Shown: one piece after another, positions 59,600 through 64,000 of the stretch | Layout: the number at the start of each line of letters is the position of its first letter | Numbering within the stretch: position 1 is the first letter of the stretch | Origin: Candidatus Poribacteria bacterium WGA-3G | Lineage (GTDB): Bacteria > Poribacteria > WGA-4E > WGA-3G | NCBI GenBank assembly: GCA_000406005.1 | Contig: ASZN01000008.1 | Location: 19,327 to 83,326 of the forward strand | DNA length: 64,000 bases | Direction: 5' to 3' | Notes under the pieces: model-generated | The model's database searches: none | What the model was told of the DNA's origin: nothing | The model's input: only the letters and a program-made list of their open reading frames with translations | Position numbers and translations under genes: made by a program

Positions 59600-61951
59600 C
59601 TATAACCTCCGTTGGTTTGTTTGCTTTTCTATCATATCTGTCAATTCGTGAACGTTTTCTTCGAGAGCCTCAACGCCACCTGCAAGTGCTGCTGACGCAT
59701 CTGTCAGGTGTTTGGAGAAGTCGCTGAGATAGGTATTGATTGAGTCCCGGGCGGTTGTGGAATAATTTGTTAAACCTCCTTCAATTTCTTCAAAGATGCC
59801 TGTCAATCCAGTATTGATTGTTTGGAAACGTTGCGCGAAATCGTTGAGTAGCTGTCGTGATTGCCCAAGAGTGTTCTGGAGTTGTTGAGTCGTCTCTCGA
59901 TTAGCTGTAAGATATTTGGCGTTTTCTTCAGTAAATGTTTCACTTACTTCTATTAGTTGCTCGCTTGCATCTTCAAGCCTATCGCCGCTTGTAAGCAATA
60001 AGTCAGATAAGGTTTGCGTATTTTCAAGGAGGGCTTGGACTTTGGTTACGCTTGTATCCATCTGTTGCAACATATTACTACTCTTTTCAAGTGTTTCCTG
60101 CGAATTGGCTATCTGTGCGTTGACTTCTTTGATTTGGTTTTCCTGTTGTTCCAAGAGTGAACTGACACTCAATTCTCCAGATGCGAAAATACTATCAAGG
60201 CGGGTAGTGCTCTGTTCTACAAGTTGATGCATCCGCGTTATCATCGCTTCCGATTTTTCTGTTGTTTGTGACGCGATAGATGTCATTGATTTTTGTAATT
60301 CCGCAATTAAGGTTTGTAGTGTTTGAGTGGTCTGAGCAGAGGTCTGCTCTATATCCGTTATGCGTTGTGCCAATTGTTCATCAGTACGCTTTGCTGCCGA
60401 TTCCAATAGATCTCGTATCTGGTTGGCGATTTGCTCCATTTCTTGATTCATGCTATCAGTCGTGGCGGTCAATCCCGCCTTATGTGTATCAATCGCGTTT
60501 TGAAATGCGCTTGACCCGCTCTCCATCATATTTTTAACCTGTTCTGTTTGATTTTGGGATGTTTCCGATAGCAATTTTCGCGTTTGGTTAACCTGATCCT
60601 GTATGCCGAGCATCATGCTTGCTAACTGTTCTGGCAGCGTTATCAAACTTTGGCTTGCTTTGTTAACAGTTTCAGCAAGTGCTTCCATTTGCGCTGTTGC
60701 TGACCCTGAAAGAGATTGTTGGAATTCTACAACGAGTTGCTGGATAGCGTCAGCTGAGGATTCTTCCTTGTGTTTCTGTAATGCCTCAACGGCGGAATTC
60801 AGGTTGTTGAAACTGGGCGCGAACTTTTTCTCTAATGCACTACCGAAGGCATCTGGAGCGTTACGAAGTTCTCGAAGAATCTCTTGATTTCCTTCGATTA
60901 TAGTCTGCTTAATCTCGCTAACAACGTTATTTAGGTTATCAAGGTTGGGGGATAACTGCTTTTCGATTGTTGTGCTCAGGACTTGGTGGGTATTAGACAG
61001 CTGCTGAAGGATTTGTTGGTTTCCATTTTCCATTGTACTTTTGAGAGTTGTTGTGGAATCTGTAACTGCACTATTCAGGTGATTTAGGCTGGGTGTCAGC
61101 TGCTCACCAATAGCGTTGCTGAAGGTCTCAGGGGCATTGCGAAATTCCGAGATAATTTCTTGCCGTCCTTGTGCCATAGCACTTTTAATCTCGTTTGCGA
61201 GGTCTGTAGAGAAGGCTTTGAGTGCCTGTGTCTGTTGTGCAAGTTCATCCTCTTGCCGAAACGCTATCTCTTCTTGTGTGGTCAATGTAAATAGTCGATC
61301 CAGCGTGCGTTGCAACACTGCAATTTTGCTACTTACCCAGCCGATGCAGGATTTCTCTATCCAATTGAATAAAAGCGACAATAGCATACCCCAAACGGAG
61401 GTTACGAATGCTGTGGATACTCCAGATAGGAGAGATTGAATTGCACTGCGAATGTTCTCTGTTTGTTGAAAGTCAATATTTGAAAAGGGCAGTAGTCCCC
61501 AAACCAGTCCAACAAAGGTTCCCAAAATACCCAATCCTACGAGCAGGGCTGGCACACTATTCCAAAATCGAAGGTTCATGTATTGTCCGAGCAGTCGCTC
61601 TTCGCCGAAAAAGAGGGATGCCTCGTCTGTTTTATAGACTATTTTCCCTTGGTTTTTTTCGGGTTCTCGGGTAATCAGTGAATTCTGAAACTCATGCCAA
61701 ACCTCAGCAAGTTCACTGTTGCAATCAAACTCCGTTTCGAGATGTGGTAAGATCTCCGGTTTAGCAGGTTTTAGGTGTTGACTGACTTTGTTAGTTAAAT
61801 TGTTAATCAGGCCGGATCGGCGGATGGTTTTCCATAGGAAGATTCCCAAACAAATAAAAAAAGATGAAAGGATACCGTAAACAAAAATGTCTGTAATCGG
61901 ATTGAAACCACGTGCTGGCCATGGGAGAAGTAGTTTTAAAAATTCGTTCAT
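59600..61951 (-). CDS. zorA: ZorA-like: MotA/ExbB/TolQ-type proton-channel domain with a ~580-aa coiled-coil tail
   Basis: Three TM helices (aa ~22-40, 131-152, 176-196) with ALLVGLGILGTFVGL and STAFVTSVWGMLLSL (MotA/ExbB signatures). These are followed by a Q/E/L/S/T-rich heptad-like sequence to aa 783, including three 46-aa tandem repeats. Confidence 0.8.
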   Translation of the reverse strand: MNEFLKLLLPWPARGFNPITDIFVYGILSSFFICLGIFLWKTIRRSGLINNLTNKVSQHLKPAKPEILPHLETEFDCNSELAEVWHEFQNSLITREPEKNQGKIVYKTDEASLFFGEERLLGQYMNLRFWNSVPALLVGLGILGTFVGLVWGLLPFSNIDFQQTENIRSAIQSLLSGVSTAFVTSVWGMLLSLLFNWIEKSCIGWVSSKIAVLQRTLDRLFTLTTQEEIAFRQEDELAQQTQALKAFSTDLANEIKSAMAQGRQEIISEFRNAPETFSNAIGEQLTPSLNHLNSAVTDSTTTLKSTMENGNQQILQQLSNTHQVLSTTIEKQLSPNLDNLNNVVSEIKQTIIEGNQEILRELRNAPDAFGSALEKKFAPSFNNLNSAVEALQKHKEESSADAIQQLVVEFQQSLSGSATAQMEALAETVNKASQSLITLPEQLASMMLGIQDQVNQTRKLLSETSQNQTEQVKNMMESGSSAFQNAIDTHKAGLTATTDSMNQEMEQIANQIRDLLESAAKRTDEQLAQRITDIEQTSAQTTQTLQTLIAELQKSMTSIASQTTEKSEAMITRMHQLVEQSTTRLDSIFASGELSVSSLLEQQENQIKEVNAQIANSQETLEKSSNMLQQMDTSVTKVQALLENTQTLSDLLLTSGDRLEDASEQLIEVSETFTEENAKYLTANRETTQQLQNTLGQSRQLLNDFAQRFQTINTGLTGIFEEIEGGLTNYSTTARDSINTYLSDFSKHLTDASAALAGGVEALEENVHELTDMIEKQTNQRRL

Positions 61952-61985
61952 ATAATTTGCTCTATGAGTTGTCTTTTAGTCCCTT

Positions 61986-63026
61986 TCATTTTTGATCTGC
62001 TGTTGTCTCGTAGCGGATTGTTAGGAGTGGACGGAGGGTTGCGTCGGTTGCTTCTTTTGAGGTGAATACGATGGGGACATTGCCATCTTTTAAGGCGAAG
62101 AGGTAACCGTAGTTGTAGTCGGGGTTTGCGACCCAAAAACGGACGGCATCGGTGAGGTGCTCGCTTTTGAATTCATAACGTTTGTCTGCGCCTTGAATTT
62201 CGCTCGTGCCGTCAATGCGGTGGGCGACATCCTCGGAACCGTTGTAGTCGCTCTCGTTGTCGCCGTTTATGCCTGAGAGCATGGCTTGTGCTGGCGGTCT
62301 GTTCCACGGGAGTTCGCGATGCAACGCGCTGTTATAAGTGAGTTCGTTGTCTTCTGCACGCGTTGATGTGCCTCTACCTTCTTTCCACGGGAGCAGGACA
62401 CGCCGGTAGAGAACGGTTTGCACAGCGTCGGTTTCACACTGCTGAACATGTAGACTTATCGTTGCTTCTAAGACCTGTGCGGGTTCACGAATCCCTATAT
62501 CTTCAAATGCGTCAAATAGATCAAAGGCGACGAAGAAGACACTCCCTGTCGGATCACATAAAAGCGTCGGTTCGGCACCGGCATTGTTGTTTCGTGTCTT
62601 TCGATCTTTATAGACAAGCAGCGTGGTGTCCTGCAAACCGCCGGAGAAAGTAACGGCATCGCTTGCGCCGAAGGTTATTTCGTTTACGGGTGGGAGTGTA
62701 ACCACGATTCCGGTTTGTGAATTTGGAAGCGTGAGACGGTAGGTTTTTTTTCCCTCTAACGGTGTCGTCATCAATAAGACGCGGTTGCGTCGTTGGTCGA
62801 GTAACGCGTATTCGATTTCGGCATCCGGTGCGATTTGGTAATTATTGAGGTCTTCGGCTGTCTCTGCTTGCAGTTCTCCGTTGAATTGTAATTGAATAGC
62901 GGTTTGGGAGAGCGGGGTTGCCGCCACGAGTTCTGGTATGTCGGCAGCGTCGGCGGCTGAGATATGGCAAAATAGGAGTGATAGAAATATGAGAACCGTG
63001 TACGCTACGTTAAAATAGGTTTTCAA
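61986..63026 (-). CDS. Secreted protein: N-terminal Ig-like domain plus DNRLRE-like (disaggregatase-related) domain
   Basis: Signal peptide ...CHISAADA. LTDAVRFWVANPDYNYGYLFAL resembles the conserved C-terminal block of DNRLRE domains. GC is normal compared with the adjacent Zorya genes. Confidence 0.55.
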   Translation of the reverse strand: MKTYFNVAYTVLIFLSLLFCHISAADAADIPELVAATPLSQTAIQLQFNGELQAETAEDLNNYQIAPDAEIEYALLDQRRNRVLLMTTPLEGKKTYRLTLPNSQTGIVVTLPPVNEITFGASDAVTFSGGLQDTTLLVYKDRKTRNNNAGAEPTLLCDPTGSVFFVAFDLFDAFEDIGIREPAQVLEATISLHVQQCETDAVQTVLYRRVLLPWKEGRGTSTRAEDNELTYNSALHRELPWNRPPAQAMLSGINGDNESDYNGSEDVAHRIDGTSEIQGADKRYEFKSEHLTDAVRFWVANPDYNYGYLFALKDGNVPIVFTSKEATDATLRPLLTIRYETTADQK

Positions 63027-63047
63027 AATGCGTCTCCAAAATTATTA

Positions 63048-63177
63048 ATCGCGAGCGCAGCTCGCTCCTACAGAGGCGTTTATCGCGAGCGCAGCTCGCT
63101 CCTACAGAGGCGTTTATCGCGAGCGCAGCTCGCTCCTACAGAGGCGTTTATCGCGAGCGCAGCTCGCTCCTACAGAA
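63048..63177. repeat. Tandem array, 3.8 copies of a 34-bp unit ATCGCGAGCGCAGCTCGCTCCTACAGAGGCGTTT
   Basis: Units at 63048, 63082, 63116 and 63150 (partial). Each contains the hairpin GCGAGC-GCA-GCTCGC followed by CTACAGA(G/A)G. Single copies at 25875-25905, 37806-37834 and 53571-53598 (inverted). Confidence 0.85.
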
Positions 63178-63187
63178 GAGCCGAGAT

Positions 63188-64000
63188 CTACGGCGCATCA
63201 GCTGTGATAAAGACGGCGTTTAGGACATCTCGTTCCTGTTGACCGGAGGGTTTATTGACGACGGTATCGTTGACGATGAAGGTGCTGGAGGAGCCGCCGT
63301 CGAGGTTAATCGCTTCCGTTGCGCCGAGTTCTATGAAGATACTGGCGAGTTCATAGAGCGTTAGACCGGTACTATACTTCGGTTGCCGTCCGTCTGCGAC
63401 GACGAGAAAGAGTTTATCTGCGTTGTAACCGAGTGCTGTTCGGGGTTCGTGGCTCAGGTTTAGCAGAGGTGCACGTTTGCCTGGGGTGTGCCGTTTTTCG
63501 GCGTTGTGCATCTCCGCGATGGTTTGATTAATCTCTCCATTTTTGAGGAGTCGAAGTCGTCCACCGATGGCGTGTTGGACCTTGTTCCATTCGGGTGGCG
63601 AGAGCGAGAGTGTGATCGTGCCGCTCGCGCCGGTGCTGAACTCAGGAACCGCTGGGTCTCTCAGGCGTGCGTTAAACCAGAGGATTGCACCGTCTCTCGG
63701 AATTAGGCTGTTTCCGTCGCTCAGGACATCTTCGACGCGGTAAGTGTGCGTGTAGTTAGGTGTCAATGGGAGTGAGAGTCCACTGATGATGACCTCTTTG
63801 CCGCGACGCCGGTTGGTGCGTGTCGATTCGCCGAGGCGCGGTGTATAAAGCGTTACTTGACACCCGTCAAGCCGGCGCTGATTAACACATCCGAGTGGCA
63901 GTGTCCGCTCGCCGATTTGGATGTTGGCTTCCATGTGTACAGCCGAACTCAAAAACTCACCCGTCTCGGTTACGCCGAAACATGTCTCTGTGTCGGTCGG
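63188..64000 (-). CDS. Phosphodiester glycosidase (DUF2233/NAGPA-like) family protein, 5' end outside window
   Basis: NLDGGSSSTFIV and RTALGYNADKLFLVVADGR family blocks. The reading frame stays open upstream of the ORF-track TTG to the window edge. Confidence 0.7.
   Translation of the reverse strand, partial: PTDTETCFGVTETGEFLSSAVHMEANIQIGERTLPLGCVNQRRLDGCQVTLYTPRLGESTRTNRRRGKEVIISGLSLPLTPNYTHTYRVEDVLSDGNSLIPRDGAILWFNARLRDPAVPEFSTGASGTITLSLSPPEWNKVQHAIGGRLRLLKNGEINQTIAEMHNAEKRHTPGKRAPLLNLSHEPRTALGYNADKLFLVVADGRQPKYSTGLTLYELASIFIELGATEAINLDGGSSSTFIVNDTVVNKPSGQQERDVLNAVFITADAP

Noticed and set aside
61952-63026. The DNRLRE-like secreted protein gene considered as a fifth component of the Zorya operon, since it ends only 34 nt upstream of zorA.
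   Set aside because: Its GC content matches the host flank rather than the island. It has a signal peptide and carbohydrate-active-type domains. Known Zorya systems have no such component. Co-transcription cannot be excluded.
63048-63177. The 34-bp tandem arrays here and at 23898-24021 considered as CRISPR arrays.
   Set aside because: The units are directly adjacent with no spacers. There are only ~4 copies, no cas genes are in the window, and the unit is a dispersed REP-like element.

Overview
Gene-dense 64-kb bacterial chromosomal window. About 50-55% GC by eye, with several visibly AT-richer patches, and mostly minus-strand genes. The lineage cannot be fixed from sequence alone. WD40 expansions, dockerin pairs, 'NPFNPET...FYTL' C-terminal sorting domains and a dense load of small intergenic repeats suggest an uncultivated environmental genome.

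Main points:
1. 53.9-62.0 kb carries a complete four-gene Zorya type I-like anti-phage module. It comprises a MotA/ExbB-like protein with a ~580-aa coiled-coil tail, a MotB/OmpA-like protein, a ~510-aa ZorC-like protein and an SNF2 helicase with an Mrr nuclease domain. It sits on an AT-rich island beside an Rpn/DUF4351-like nuclease gene.
2. ORFs 8804..9580 and 7559..8686 are in the same frame, separated only by one TGA. That TGA falls in the redox motif of a thioredoxin-like fold and is followed immediately by a 35-nt hairpin, so this is a candidate unannotated selenoprotein.
3. An AT-rich, translationally coupled two-gene cassette (AlbA_2/Schlafen-like protein plus an unknown partner) lies at 36.2-37.6 kb.
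4. A sigma-54 activator, three palindromic UAS sites and a canonical -24/-12 promoter precede a 16-Cys secreted peptide. A ~385-bp copy of this regulatory block 7 kb away has concertedly changed half-sites.
5. An ECF sigma factor is fused through one TM helix to a seven-Asp-box beta-propeller, and an internally deleted paralog remnant is present.

The rest is housekeeping or accessory metabolism: Mrp, ThuA, Gfo/Idh/MocA, SDR, AKR, a TAT-exported molybdenum hydroxylase operon, TrxA and WaaA. There are also three WD40 proteins, three tandem surface-protein paralogs with swapped anchor modules, several deletion-scar pseudogenes, an ISAs1 remnant and at least four families of REP/MITE-like repeats. 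No rRNA, tRNA or CRISPR array was found.

The ORF track counts TTG and GTG as Met, so several starts were trimmed to RBS-supported codons.
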